DNA of 64,000 nucleotides from Octopus sinensis (GCF_006345805.1 NC_043003.1:111538001-111602000); one strand, 5' to 3'. Counted from the first letter of the stretch, positions 1 to 13,389 are shown. Notes: a model not told the origin generated them from the sequence alone. Program-made: numbers and translations.

Positions 1-499
1 GGGTAAATTATGAGTTTTACGTTAGAAAAGTTGCAGGAAGTCATTACTGTGACTTCTCTCTCTATTCTTTCTCTCTCTATATATACCTCTCTTTCACTCT
101 CTCTCTCTCCCTCTCTATCTCTCTCTCTCTTTCTCTCTCGTATTACACTATCTCACCCTTTCCATAAAATCGACTTTGTCTAAACAGGAACATTGTGTAT
201 CACAAGTCAGGTGTCGAAATGATCGTAGTGCAACAGCCAAATCACTGAGTCATGCGCCCTCACATACCTACATACAGGCACTCACACACACACACCACAC
301 ACACATATATATATATATATATGCGTCCTCATATACATGTGTATGTATATATATGCATATATGTGTACATATATATATATATATATATACGTGTGTGTGT
401 GTGTGTGTATGTATATATGTATATATCTATATATGCGCCCTTACATACATATATGCATACATACATACATATATACATACATACAAACATATATACATA

Positions 500-1700
500 T
501 ATATACACTAAGGAGGTAAAAGTTATGGCTGGCCCTATAGTAACCATTGGATTGGCATATAGTAATCATTGGATACTTAGCCGTATTAAGCCACTCATCA
601 GAATGAATTGGCTGAAAGCATAGAATCTCCCTATAGCTAGAAGGATACATAAGAGTCTGTTAGTTTGGTAAATAAAGACTAATTGTCTGTGTCGCGGAAG
701 GCATGGGGTTATTCCCCTGAAATTGGCTTCGGTAGCGGTGAAATTTGCAGAGTTGTGGCAAGACGATTCAATGAATTTAGAATTTCATGTCCGAAGTAGG
801 AAACGTTTTAAATGAGGTCATTGACTGAATATTTTTTTCCTGAAATTTTTCTTTTTTTTAAGATTATTGTCCTCTCTGCCAAGCAAAACTTATATTGGTT
901 GCTTCTGTTTATAAAGGTCTGATTGGTTGCTAAAATTCTTATATGAAAACGCAAATTATTAAAAAACAAGAAGAAAGAGATTTTGTTGTTTGCATATGGT
1001 TAAATATACATTTAATGAATTTAGATAGTTGAAATGAATATAATTAAATAGAAACTGTTTGAATGATACAATTATACATAAGAATAATTAATAAAGCTGA
1101 ATATACTATCGTTGAATTTAAATAGCTTTCTTCAAAAATTAAACACTCTTTATATAAGAATCGTGCTTCTACACCAGTAATTAAATAGACGAAAACATGT
1201 AGGGACCCAAACTATCAAAAATAATAGCCAAATAAATAATGCTAATTATCAGAGGAGCGGAGGATATTTTGTCTGTTCGTAAAGTTAAAGATAGTTATTT
1301 ATTGAATTTAAATGAATTTAGATAAACACTGTATTATAATACAATAAGGTTTAAGTTCCTAAATACTTTGTTTTTAAATGATTTTAGAAAACAAAAATGC
1401 TGTCTATATGATTAACAAGAATTATACTTCTCTGCTATTAAATAGACAAGTATAAGTAAGAACCCTAACTGTCAACTAATATATCTAAATATATAATTTA
1501 TATTAATATCAACTATTATAAATTTATACAATAAGAATAAACAAAAGTAAATAAGTAGAAGGTAGCAAATAATTATATACCTAGATTTATCATTTTTGCC
1601 AATAAATTATTACAACAGACATACTGAATAGAATTAAATATAAATGACTAGCTCGTAAAAATAGTAACATGACCTAGTTCTTCTGAATTATGCATATCCA
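500..1700 (-). mobile_element. Highly decayed Penelope-like element 3' region (GIY-YIG C-terminus and 3' repeat)
   Basis: Minus-strand reading of ~1130-770 gives NSTIVYSA...FQLSKFI...RILATNQ...QYKFCLAERTII, matching the PLE endonuclease pattern IVYQA / LSKYIW / CxLCLxEKxxI also seen at 43050-43430. Many stops; boundaries approximate. Confidence 0.45.
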
Positions 1701-2204
1701 TTGAACAGTGGGTTCAAAATCGACCTCTAGCTATTTTGGAACACCCACGCTACAATTCAATTGGAATGAACTCTCTATCCCTTAAGATTATGTGAAAAAA
1801 TAACAGTCACTTTTACTTTGATAATAATCAATTTTCATCCCGATGAATTTTTTTGCTCTTTCAAATTCATAATGAAATTTAATCGCATTGTGTGTTTTAA
1901 CCGAAACATGCGCATGTAATATGAATTGGCTATTAAAATAGATATATTTATTATGGTGTGTATGAATTCTCCATTTTCTTTGTAGTGTTCAAATGTTTCT
2001 CCTATGTCGAAAAGTTGGAAACATCTACAGTGACTACTGGAGTTTCAAGAGTGTAAGGTACTAATATCGGAGAAGAACCAAAGATAAGCACTAGTTCTTA
2101 TGCAAACCGATATACGTTTGGATAATCATCCCTAGAAAGAACAACTCTTTCAACACAGAGTTATATGTATGTATACCCCCCCCCCACACATATATATATA
2201 TATT

Positions 2205-2530
2205 AAATTAGAGATAAAACCACTATTAGGCAATATTTATACTATAAAATTAGATTTAATCATAAATCTAATTTTTCCCTGTAAGTTTGGATTTAATCCC
2301 TAATATTATTATTATATATATATAACGGGAAGCTTTATGAAAATAAACAAAAGACGAAGGCAGGTGGAATACAAACAAACAATTGTATTAGTATAGCGCT
2401 CAGGTATATAAATAAAACAAGTCTTTTACGTTTCGAGCCTACGCTCTTCAACAGAAAGATACACAGAAAAGAAACACAGAAAAGAAACAAGGAGAGAAAA
2501 TAATGCGTGCAGAGGTTAGCGAATCAACAT
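2205..2530 (-). mobile_element. Non-autonomous PLE pseudo-LTR-type repeat (family H1) containing a hammerhead motif
   Basis: 2325-2520 is the reverse complement of 24045-24247 at high identity. 2205-2307 is similar to the arm start and tail of the 31142 unit. Flanked by (TA)n. Confidence 0.75.
2422..2459 (-). ncRNA. Minimal type I hammerhead ribozyme motif (variant core CUGUUGA)
   Basis: Minus strand UCUUU-CUGUUGA-A-GAGC-GUAG-GCUC-GAAACGU-A-AAAGA: 5-bp stem I, 4-bp stem II, palindromic ACGU stem III, GUA triplet. Confidence 0.55.
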
Positions 2531-2536
2531 ACTTTC

Positions 2537-2619
<83 letters not shown>

Positions 2620-2624
<5 letters not shown>

Positions 2625-2936
2625 TATATAAAAGGGCTTAGTAAAATAAATTACTTTGCCGCATACTGAACTCGTTAGAAATAGCAGCTAAAAAAACTAT
2701 TTCTAACACTTAAAGAAAACCTCTCTCATATAGTGCTTGCTCAATTCAACCCAAGAAAGTATGAGGGTAGAGACATTAAAAAATCAAACCCTCATACTTT
2801 CTTGGGTTGAATTGAGCAAGCACTATATGAGAGAGGTTTTCTTTAAGTGTTAGAAATAGTTTTTTTAGCTGCTATTTCTAACGAGTTCAGTATGCGGCAA
2901 AGTAATTTATTTTACTAAGCCCTTTTATATAATGTA
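2620..2936. repeat. Long palindrome, 149-bp arms, 19-nt spacer
   Basis: 2620-2768 is the reverse complement of 2788-2936 (no mismatch seen by eye); spacer 2769-2787. Confidence 0.9.
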
Positions 2937-3597
2937 ATAATTTGAATTTGCCTTAAATGGTCCCTTTGCATACTGAATACTTGGTGAAATTGATTAATTA
3001 ATTAATTAATTTTACCCTCAATTGTTGAAATTATATATATATACATATATAGAAAGCAGTATTCAATACATTTGCTAAGAGTTACATTTAATATATATTA
3101 AGTTCTTGATTCTGCTACATGCAAGAATCTAAGCATATCTTTAGATAACCAAATCTGTTAACGAAGATCCAAGATCTAGGTTCGTTGTATTACCTTCCGA
3201 AACTAAGTTACTTCGAGCGTAATCGAACTGTTATTATGTGTATGTATGTATACATATGTGCGTAGTGTTATGTATATGCACACACACACAGACACACACA
3301 CATGCATATAATGTGTGCATATACTTACGCGTATATTAGAACGTATGTATAAACTCTGTCTACTATGATAAATCATGTTCCTACGCAAATTCATTCGTTT
3401 TTTTAATATATATTTTGCTCACTTCGTATACAGCTTCTTTCTCGAGCTCGCTGTTTCAGAAAAATTTCGTATTTGCAACGCACATTTCACATGCTGTTGG
3501 CAAAATTTTCAGATGTTTATAATAACAAAATTTCCTCGATAGAATTTATTTATTTAGTCATACATCCATTCGATCATTTATTCGTTCAGTGTTCTTT

Positions 3598-3800
<203 letters not shown>

Positions 3801-4280
3801 TTTGTCTTGGTATAAAAGATGGGCTACAGCAAATATTCTGCTCAATACCACAGATTTCCTTGTCAGTTGTTTGACCGTAACCAGTTGAGCATGCCCCTTA
3901 GTGGCTGACGATATGTGCATCTCTGATCATGAGCAGAAGTAGTGGGGGAGCATCATAGCCATGTGTTGAGAGGGATTCTTTGGGGTTTGAATAATCCACC
4001 TCTGGAAACATAGGTGTTTCGTTCAACGTCCTTAAACAACCCTTATTCAGGGACCTTTTGAGCGGGATGGGTTACTCGATCTGAAGAAAATTCTAACTGG
4101 GCCCCACCTGCAAGGTCATGTGCTGTTTATCTTGATATGAGATCACCATGTCGCGCACATATGGTTGTGATGCATGTGCCTGGTGTACCCTCATCAGACG
4201 GGTAGTCATGATGGGTATACTGGGCTTCGTATACTTTACCCCAGTGTCACTTTGATGGCATGCTCTGCTCGCTCACTCAA
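3801..4280 (+). mobile_element. ~560-bp (AAT)n-embedded interspersed repeat, truncated copy, inverted relative to the other three
   Basis: Reverse complement of 4524-5000, 39500-39990 and 50472-50950. Confidence 0.85.
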
Positions 4281-4309
4281 TAATAATAATAATAATAATA
4301 ATGATGATG

Positions 4310-4373
<64 letters not shown>

Positions 4374-4399
4374 CAATAATGATGATGATAATAATAATC

Positions 4400-4439
<40 letters not shown>

Positions 4440-4523
4440 TAATAATAATAATATTAATAATAAGAAGAAGAATTATTATTATTATTATTATTACTTTTAT
4501 TATTATTATTATTATTATCATTA
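4281..4523. repeat. (AAT)n then (ATT)n microsatellite with a strand switch near 4470
   Basis: Direct reading. Confidence 0.95.
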
Positions 4524-5077
4524 TTGAGTGAGAGAACAGTGCATGCCATCAAAGTGACACTGGGATAAAATATACGAAGTCCTGTATACCCATCATGACT
4601 ACCCGTCTGATAAGAGTACGCTAGGCACATGCATCACAACCATATGTGCGCGACATAGTGATCTCATATCAAGATCAACAGCGCATGACATTGCATGTGG
4701 GCCCAGTTGGAATTTTCTTTTGGTCGAGCAACCCATTCCGCTCAAAAGGTTCATGAATAAACATTGTTTAAGAATGTGGAACGAAACACCCATGTTTCCA
4801 GAGGTGAATTATTGAAACCCCAAATAAATCCTCTCAACACATGGCTATAATGCTCCCCTACTACTTCTGCTCGTGATCAGAGACGCACATATCATCAGCC
4901 TCCAGGGGACATGCTCAACTGTTTAAGGTCAAATAACTGACAAGCAAATCTGTGGTATTGAGCAGAATATTTGCTGTAGCCCATCTTTTATACTAAGACA
5001 AAACAAAGTACATGATAACACTTCCAATCAGTTAAGATCAGAAGCCATTTGAGCCACTGCCTGGTAATGCATCAAGG

Positions 5078-5080
<3 letters not shown>
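4524..5080 (-). mobile_element. ~560-bp (AAT)n-embedded interspersed repeat, full-length copy
   Basis: Colinear with 39500-40078 and 50472-51029 (ttgagtgagag...cctggtactgcatcagggc). Strand inferred from the (AAT)n tail and the neighbouring LINE. Confidence 0.85.
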
Positions 5081-5111
<31 letters not shown>

Positions 5112-5114
<3 letters not shown>

Positions 5115-5810
5115 TAGTTTTATTTTTATAGCGTGCTTTCACTTCACTACCGAGCGCAGCTCTGTGTGCCTTGGGTATGTGCTGTGTCTTGTTGTGATGC
5201 TCTGATGGTTACTGTATTGAAAGTGTTTTGCGTAGGATGTGGGCAGTGCCCAGTAGTGCAATTTTCTGTATGTTATATGTGTTTGTAAGTCCTGGTGTTT
5301 TTGTTATGTTTTAGTTTGAATATCATTTTATCATGCCTAATGCACCTACTATGATAGGAATTGTTTCTGTTTTTAGATTCCACATTCGAGTTACCTCTAT
5401 TTCCAGGTCTTTGTATTTTGAAAGTTTCTCCATTTCTTTTAGAGACACGTTGTCATCTGCTGGCATTGATACATCAATTAGAAAGCATTTTGTTTCTTCA
5501 TGATCTCTGACAACTATATCTGGTCTGTTGGCCTTAATTTCTCTATCTGTGTGCATCGGCATATCCCAGAGTATGGTTGCTTTCTCGTTTTCTGTGACCT
5601 TTTCTGGTGTGTGCCTATACCATTTTTTTTCTATTGTAATTCTATAATTTTGGCATAGCTTCTAGTGTCTGAAGGTCCCAACTCTGTCGTGTCTGTGAAT
5701 ATATTCCTTCTTTGATAGGACTGGGCAGCCAAAGATAATATGATTTATTGTTTCTTGTCCATCTCCACATATTCTGCAGTTACTTGTTATATTTCTTTTC
5801 TTTTCATTAT
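5112..5810 (-). mobile_element. R4/Dong-clade non-LTR retrotransposon 3' fragment (CCHC finger and restriction-like endonuclease)
   Basis: ORFs give CRICGDGQETINHIIFGC..L...EYIHRHD and ANRPDIVVRD..TKCFLIDVS...EKLSKYKDL, typical of the REL domain. Confidence 0.85.
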
Positions 5811-5819
5811 ATGTTTTTA

Positions 5820-5870
5820 TTATGTTTCTTTTATTTATTATTATTATCATTATTATTGTTATTATTATTA

Positions 5871-5908
<38 letters not shown>

Positions 5909-5932
5909 GTTGTTGTTGTTGTTGTTATTATT

Positions 5933-5977
<45 letters not shown>

Positions 5978-6003
5978 GTCATCGTCGTCGTCGTTATCAT
6001 CAT
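5820..6003. repeat. (TTA)/(TTG)/(TCA)/(TCG) compound trinucleotide microsatellite
   Basis: Direct reading. Confidence 0.95.
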
Positions 6004-6508
6004 AAACTCGGAATAGAAAATAACGTACACATTTTTTAATAACCTTTTGTTAATCGGTTCTAAGATTATTTTCATTTGTTTCTGGTTTCATCCAGCAGAT
6101 ACTTAAATATGTAAATTATGCTAAATTTCGTTTGATAAAGTTGAGTTACCACTATTATTAGAAAAGGAATTCATAATAGGAGAGATAGTGAAGTACATCA
6201 AAAAATTATTATGTAATATTATTCACATTAAAGAAAAATGTTTATATTTCATGTAACACGGTGCGATCATTTCCTTTGATGTAAAAAGGATCCCAATATA
6301 ATCTCTGTTGTTGCACAGTAATTGCCATTATGCTCGTACATACACACACATACATATTTATATGTATAATTTATAAAAGTTCCGCTCGTGTTATGATAAA
6401 AAAAACAACTTCATGTTAGAAGTATATAGGGTCGGTATGCTAATTATGTGCAAATTTATAGGTGACACAACCACCTAGGCCACGGGATCACAAACAAGGA
6501 AGATATTA

Positions 6509-7717
6509 CAGTAGAACCTCGTAGTATGAGTGCTGCATTTTACGAGTAATTTGCTGTACGAGCCGAGGCAAACACGGATTTTTGTCTTGAAGTACTGGCA
6601 ATACGCAGTACGAGCAAATTACATACAAGCAGCCCCTAGTCGGCGCTGGGCTTGCACACGCGTTCTCAACAAGCGCAGCCTCCGCTCGCCAAGTTCCCGT
6701 GTTTATCTCATTGTGGCAACATCCTTGTTGTGTTTCCCCAGTTTTATTTGTAGTTTCGTGAGCACTGCAACATTGTCAACCGCCTGAAAATTATCGATAT
6801 GGCCCGGCAGGGTGTAACGAGGAGAACGCTGAATTCTGCATGGAGGAGACTGTGGGATGACTGGGTATCCGAAAGACATTTCGAGGGGGTTGAGTCTGCG
6901 ACATTTGCAATCGAGGAGATAGTGTCTCTTGACAAGTCCAAGGGTTTCGAGAGACATTAACGATGGAGACATTAACGATCAGGTCAAAGGAGACTCGGGG
7001 GAGCTGACGACAGATGAACCCCTTCAATTTCAGGAGCAGCAGCATTCGTATACGTTCGAAGAGATTAGTCCCCCGGAGGAGGTTAGTGTAACGGAGAAAG
7101 TTATCTGTACGAATGACATAAAGGCACTGTTGGAAATGTGAGAGTATGTTTCGGAATTTGTAGAAACATTCTTACTGAAAAATTATCTACTGGTTGTGCA
7201 GTTGCTTTATCTAATGACACTGCTCTGGTGCATTTTCGTAACATTTTGAAAGGCAGGAAAAATCAGACTAATCATGATAGTTTTTGTAATAAAATGACCT
7301 CCAAGGGTGAAAAGAGAAGAAAGTGAGTCCAAAAAGCTTAAATCAAGCGAAGTGAGATAGAAAAAGCCAGAAATTGTTGTTCCTTAAGTCTTAATAAAAG
7401 GAGATTCTACTTCCAAACAATAATCATCCTCCTCCCCACTCCATCTTCCTTGAGATGAAATAGTAATTAAATTACTAGTAATTAAATTAATGGAACAGGT
7501 TTACCTAATCCTTTTGAACTTTCTTTTATTATGTTTTTGTAATTGTCATTTTCTTGTAACTGCGCCTTTTCTGTTTTAAAATCCACAAAAATATTTTGGG
7601 GTGGATGTCGGAGTGGGAAGGGATTAATTGTATTTTAATTAATTTCAATAGGTAAAATTGCTTTGTAAAACGAGTAAATCGTAAAACGAGCTCGATCATG
7701 GAATTAAACTGGTACTG
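6509..7717 (+). mobile_element. Internally deleted Tigger/pogo-like DNA transposon
   Basis: Starts TA|cagtagaacctcg with subterminal acgag repeats at both ends and ends tactg. Frameshifted transposase C-terminus IIDMARQGVTRRTLNSAWRRLW..., DINDGDINDQVKGDSGELTTDE, NDTALVHFRNILKGRK. Right TIR is degenerate. Confidence 0.75.
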
Positions 7718-8207
7718 TGATGTATCACTGTATCATGAAGTCGAAGGTTGTGGCAAGACATTTAGAGATTTGTTGGATCGACCATGATAGGAATAAACTA
7801 TATGGCCACCATAAAACGTCTTTGTTTTTTCCAATGTCTTAATTGGCCAAAACAAGAGAGAAGTCAAGAATTGTATCCGAATTCCTCTATGCTAACTAGT
7901 TTGCACTACTCTGCCACAAATAGTATCTAAACCAGATTAATTCCTCAACTTTACATCTTTTTCCTAAATTCACCAATTCGGTAATTGTGGCCACTTAGTT
8001 TTCTCCACCTATTACTGCTCCATTCCAATTCTCTCCAGATTCCGTGACAAGCTCTTTTGACATCTCTTTACTTTCCTAATACACTTAAATAACCAAGTCC
8101 ACAATGACTCAGCTTGTGTATGCCTTCTCCAAAATTTTCTATGTACATCTTTTGACTACCGCTTTGTATACCGGATCTTAAAAATTGTCGATGATATTCC
8201 ACAAGAA

Positions 8208-8610
8208 GGTGACGAGCTAGCAGAATCGTTAACAAAATGTTTAGCACTATTTCGTCTGTCATTAGGTTCTGATTTCAAATTCCACCGAGATTAACTTTGC
8301 CTTTCATCTTTTCGGGCTCGATAGAATAAGTATCAGTTGTGTACATGGGTCAAAGTATTCGACTTACCCACTCCACCGAAATTTCTAGCCTTGTACCAAA
8401 ATCTGAAATCAATATTTCATCAGGAGGCGAGCTGGCAGAATCGTTAGTATTTCGTCAGTCTTTGCGTTTTGAGTTCAAATTCCACCGAGGTCAACTCTCT
8501 CTTTCATCCTTTCAGGATCTATAAAATGAGTACCAGTGGACCATAGGTACTCACGGTATGCGAGTTGCTCCCTCCGCCGTATTTACTGGACCTATGCCAA
8601 AATTTGAAAT
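8208..8610 (+). mobile_element. Two adjacent decayed copies of tRNA-headed SINE family B
   Basis: ggcgagctggcagaatcgttag head and gagttcaaattcc B-box-like motif; copies at ~8208-8410 and ~8423-8610, similar to 20870-21092. Confidence 0.75.
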
Positions 8611-9143
8611 CAGTAATATCCTTAAACATTAAAGTAGCGAAATTCCCTTCAAATTTAATTTTTCTTTAATAAGAGATGAAAAACTAATTAATGTATCTAA
8701 AAATGTGGAATATACTTCGATAGAGCGTATTTGACTTTAAAACAACTCTTCTAGAGCACCTGGGATATAAAATGAACATTTCAAAATACATTTTCAAAAG
8801 CGCCTTAAAAAGATCGCTAAAAAAAATTAGGAGAGATATTCCTAAACATCTTTCACTTTCTAAACAATATGTACTACTTCTAGGTAACCTAAAGAAGAAA
8901 TTGTATCGAAAGAAATTTGTTAGCAAAGTTAACCCATGAACACTAGAGACAGCGTAACTCTTTCTCGTCAAACAATAAACATCATTTATACGCTCGCAGT
9001 CGATTATATTTTTTAGTGTTTCCAAACTTTTGATAAAGACAGCATACACAAAGCATGCACTGGTTTTTCAGACTAAAACCCTGAAAGTAACATCGAATAG
9101 AGTAAAACCAGGCTCCTCTCGTTTAATATCAAAGGACTATTTA

Positions 9144-9680
9144 GACGGCGAGTAGGATGAATCGTTAGCACGCCGGGCGAAATGCTTAGCGGTTCTCAGT
9201 TCAAATTCAGCCGAGATCGACTTTTCCTTTCATCATTTCGGGGTCGATAAATTAAGTAGCAGCTACGCACTATAGTCGATATAATCGACTTAATTCGTTT
9301 GTCTGTCCATGTTTGTCTCCTCTGTGTTTAGCCCCTTGTGGGTAGTAAAGAAATAGATATTTCGTCTGCCGTTACGTTCTGAGTTCAAATTTCGCCGAGG
9401 TCGACTTTGCCTTTCATCCTTTTGGGGTCGATAAATTAAGTACCATTTACGCCCTGGGGTCGATGTAATCGACTTAATCCGTTCGTCTGTCCTTATTTGT
9501 CCTCTCTGTGTTTAGCCCCATGTGGGTAGTAAAGAAATAGAAATAGGTATTTCGTCTGTCGCTACGTTCTCATTTCTAATTCCTCCGATGCCGACTATGC
9601 TTTTCCTATTTTCGCGGTCGATAAATTATGTACCAGTTGCATATTGAGGTCGATCTAATTAACTGGCCGCTTACCCCAAG
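9144..9680 (+). mobile_element. SINE family B: one full unit plus two 5'-truncated units in tandem
   Basis: Units at ~9144-9356, 9357-9541 and 9545-9680; the later ones restart at atttcgtctg. Confidence 0.8.
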
Positions 9681-10523
9681 TTGCGGTTGTCCACTTTTCC
9701 TAGTAACCCAACAAATAAAAAAAAAACTAAAATGAAAATATATCAAAGAAAGACTACGATTCCAAAAAACAAGTAATAATTGAATTTTCTGAAGTTTACG
9801 TAGAAATGGATTCAAATATTATTAAAATTTGATCCGAGCATGCGCCCAGTGATATGCATTTTAATTAAGGAGACACATTATAAAACACCAGATGAATATG
9901 TTAACGCTAACTTAACTATAGCACTAGATGTGACTGGCGTCCCTGAGTAAATAATTATTTAAAAATTTTACCGGCATAATAAAATTCTTTTTTTTTTTTC
10001 ATGTTGAGCGAAATTGTGAAGTCAAATGAATCACCATATCCAAACAAATAATGAATTGATAGCAAATAAAACATCGCTAAAGAAATAGTGTCTACGAAGA
10101 AATGCTTTCATTTGCATGAACCGAAGATAGCTATTAAAGAATTAATAGCAACATTTATATGAAAAAGAGATTTCCTATCGCCGCAATGGAATTTAAAGAC
10201 GATCAGAATATAAAATTATATTAAATGATGTACACAACTATAGTAAATATATTCGTATGTTTATTACAAATTTCAAATTTAAACTCTTATTTGAAATGTT
10301 CTCCCAACGGTTGTTTTTTTTTGTAGTTTTTTTGTTTTTCGGATTCTTTCTCAATATCTTTAGTTAGTAAATTATGCTATCGTTTAAAGAGTGATATTAA
10401 TTGAAATAATGTTCGCATTTAACAGAATGTTAGATTATGCTAATGAGTCTATAATCTAGGAAATAATGGCAGAGTACTTTTTAAATTTGCTTGCGCACAT
10501 CCGCAAACTTATACGTGTCTCTA

Positions 10524-10576
<53 letters not shown>

Positions 10577-11004
10577 GTCTGTGTGTGTGCGCGTCGCGTG
10601 CGACCTCGTGTATATATCCACATATATTTACTTCTCAATCTATGTAAATCTCTTTACTATGTACAGGTTGGCTGAATTGTTAAGTTTACTTTGCAAACGC
10701 GATTTCTAATCCCACTTACACCTTACCAAATTCTGTATTTATCAGATCGATCTATAGCTTGAGAATATAGTTGAGTACACGGAAATTCTACAGAAGCCCG
10801 GTAGATGGATTATACCTGTAATCGAAAAAAACTACAGCTTTATCACAGACATGTGTCGCATTAATTCTACAAGGGAATTGCATTAATGTTACATGTCAGT
10901 GTGTTGCTCAGTGACTTACACGTTCATCGAAAGAAGGAAATGCAGTTGCTCGTGCAAGTGACTCATCATCATTGAACGATGATATATTTATGTGTGTGTA
11001 TGTA

Positions 11005-11036
<32 letters not shown>

Positions 11037-11189
11037 TACATATATATGAATATATATATAAGAGTATACATGTTGTAACCATCAATTGATGTAGACTTGG
11101 CAATCGAAATAAGCTTTGAGTTGATTTATTAGAGTAAAAAGTTATTCAACAATGTTGAACTAGGTTTTTTTTGCCTGGCTCTAAGTTGT

Positions 11190-11620
11190 TCAAAAGGATA
11201 TCTTTACACAATATGATATGGTGCATAAAGAAGCGAAGAAACACCTCGAGCATCCTAAATGATGATGACGGGAATAGTTTAGACAGAAACGTGGATAAGT
11301 GCACTAAAAATATTACTTGGTAAGGCAACAAGAGTTCTGATAGGGTTCCTTTTAAAGGCACCACGGTCATGAGAAAACTAGCTAAAAAATTTCAGAAAGT
11401 CTTCCGAACACGAACTCTTAAGATTCAGGTTACAGAAACGACAGGTATAACTATGAAATGCAGTCTGTGTAACTTATACGCATTTAACAATGACACTTAT
11501 CAAAGCAATTGTGCAAAATGTGCTAAAAAGCGACATAACAACTGAAAGACTAAGAAGTGTGTATATCGGGTAAAGTGTCGGTAAGAAATTGCACGAGTAG
11601 CGGTGAAAGGTTCAAAGAAC
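11190..11620 (+). mobile_element. Decayed Penelope-like fragment (linker and start of GIY-YIG)
   Basis: Reads ...CAKC...KTKKCVYRVKC, resembling the CxxC..CxxxNVVYxIxC region of PLE endonucleases. Confidence 0.4.
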
Positions 11621-11859
11621 ATTGGAGTAATCTTGCTGGGAAATGACCTGTCTCTGTTTTCTGATAGCAGGCTGTAGATTGTCACAATGGTTCTTTAGGT
11701 AGACTGAGACTAGACATCTTGTTTATACATGCCTCTGATACTATGTTGAAACAAATTACCGAGTCTATTTCTATGCAGAAGTATAAACCCAGTCTCAACC
11801 GTGAGAATAGAATAACATCCATCATTCTCACACCATGTACGCCTTTAAAGTACGCCTGT

Positions 11860-12347
11860 GGAGGCCCAGTGGTTAGAGCAGCGGACTCGCGGTCGTAGGA
11901 TCACGGTTTCGATTCCCAGACCGAGCATTGTGAGTGTTTATTGAGCGAAAACACCTAAAGCTCCACGAGTATCCGGCAGGGGGTGGTGGTGAACCCTGCT
12001 GTACTCTTTCATCACAACTTTCTCTCACTCTTTCTTCCTGTTTCTGTTGTACCTGTATTTCAAAGGGCCAGCCTTGTCACACTCTGCGTCACGCTGAATC
12101 TCCCCGAGAATTACGTTAAATGTAAACGTGTCTGTGGGATGTTCAGCCACTTGCACGTTAATAAATGAGCTACGACGTCACTGATGCCAAGCTGTATAGG
12201 CCTTTGTCTTTCCTTTGGATAACATCGGTGGCGTGGAGATGGGAGGCTGGTATGCTGGTCTTTCATAAACAACCTTGCCCGGACTTGTACCTAGAAGGGT
12301 AATTTTCTAAGTGCAATCCTGTGGTCATTCATGACCGAAGGAGGTCA
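11860..12347 (+). mobile_element. tRNA-headed SINE family C
   Basis: Head with A box (agtggttagagc) and B box (ggtttcgattccc); shares its 5' part with 61352-61654. Confidence 0.75.
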
Positions 12348-12787
12348 CATGCCTTTAAACCATGCATCTCTCTATCCTTTTTTAATTTTAAAATTTTAAA
12401 GATTTTTCCTAGACCATTTCTCTTTGCCTGCAACTGTGGAAATTTTAAAGATTAGTGAACATTTTAAAATGTGATGTATTGATGTAAGTTTCCACACTGA
12501 ATCTCAGCGGATATTTAAACTCATTCCAGAACAATGTTTAAAAAGGTTACAGAGGTTTCAAATTTGATCATTGTTACCCAGTCAGAAAATAAGATTTGGA
12601 AGCTGTCATTTGCAAACAAATTAAATACTGGAAAAATGTTCCTTTATGAACGACATATAATCCTTCATACCTTTCTTTTATTTTTTGAAAATTTAAGAAT
12701 TGTTTAACGAATTTGTCTTCTATACTTGGGAATTCATACGATTATGCAAAAACCAAAAATTATTGTAAGTGAATTTGGTGTGTGACT

Positions 12788-12970
12788 GTATTTGTCTCCC
12801 ACATCGCTTGGCAACCGACGTCGATGTGTTTACGTCCCCTAAACTTAGCGGTTCGGCAAAGAGACCGATAAAATAAGTATTAGGCTTACAAAGAATAAGT
12901 CCCGGGTCAATTTATCTGACTAAAGGTCCAGCATGACTGCAATCAGATGTCTGAAACAAGTAAAAGAATA
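12788..12970 (+). mobile_element. SINE family A, 3' half
   Basis: Matches the 3' half of 49608-50017. Confidence 0.75.
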
Positions 12971-13319
12971 TACTATATTTTCTTTTATCGGATCTTTTAG
13001 GCTTATGTATTTGTTTATGTTAATTTATATTTATTTGGTTTTATATATATTATATTTTTTAATAATTCCTCTTATTTCCCGGTCTTCTGTTAACTTTTCT
13101 CCTCACGTCTTTGCTTTTTAGTTAATAACTTAAATATTTTATTAATGATATTAAAAATGCCTTTATAATCTCTATGATTGCGAATACCATAATAGCTACT
13201 TGTATTATTTCGTGCATATACACACTATTTTAATACCAACATTGCTACTACTACCACTGCCTCCCATCTTTGCCTTTACTGTACTACCCCTGCCGCCACC
13301 ACCACGAATAAAACAATTG

Positions 13320-13389
13320 TCATTACTACTACTGCTCTCACCACCTCGACTACTACTCCCACAATAACAACTGCTCCTGATGTTTCTGC

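Noticed and set aside
540-602. Minus-strand CUGAUGA followed by a GUGGCU/AGCCAU stem
   Set aside because: No GAAA or stem I; at best a dead hammerhead in the old PLE.
176-650. Predicted ORFs rich in YI/HT/CV repeats (also many later ones, e.g. 10456-10709, 26066-26320, 35127-35539, 59635-60055, 62979-63599)
   Set aside because: They are translations of (TA)n, (CA)n and (TATG)n microsatellites.
8684-9049. 121-aa ORF in non-repetitive-looking DNA
   Set aside because: No recognisable domain or splice context.
11082-11119. Hammerhead-like UUGAUGU...GAAA with a UCAA/UUGA stem
   Set aside because: Two core substitutions and a poor stem II.
11860-11935. tRNA-Arg-like sequence (also 61352-61425)
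   Set aside because: SINE head: no complete acceptor stem, and it continues into the SINE body.
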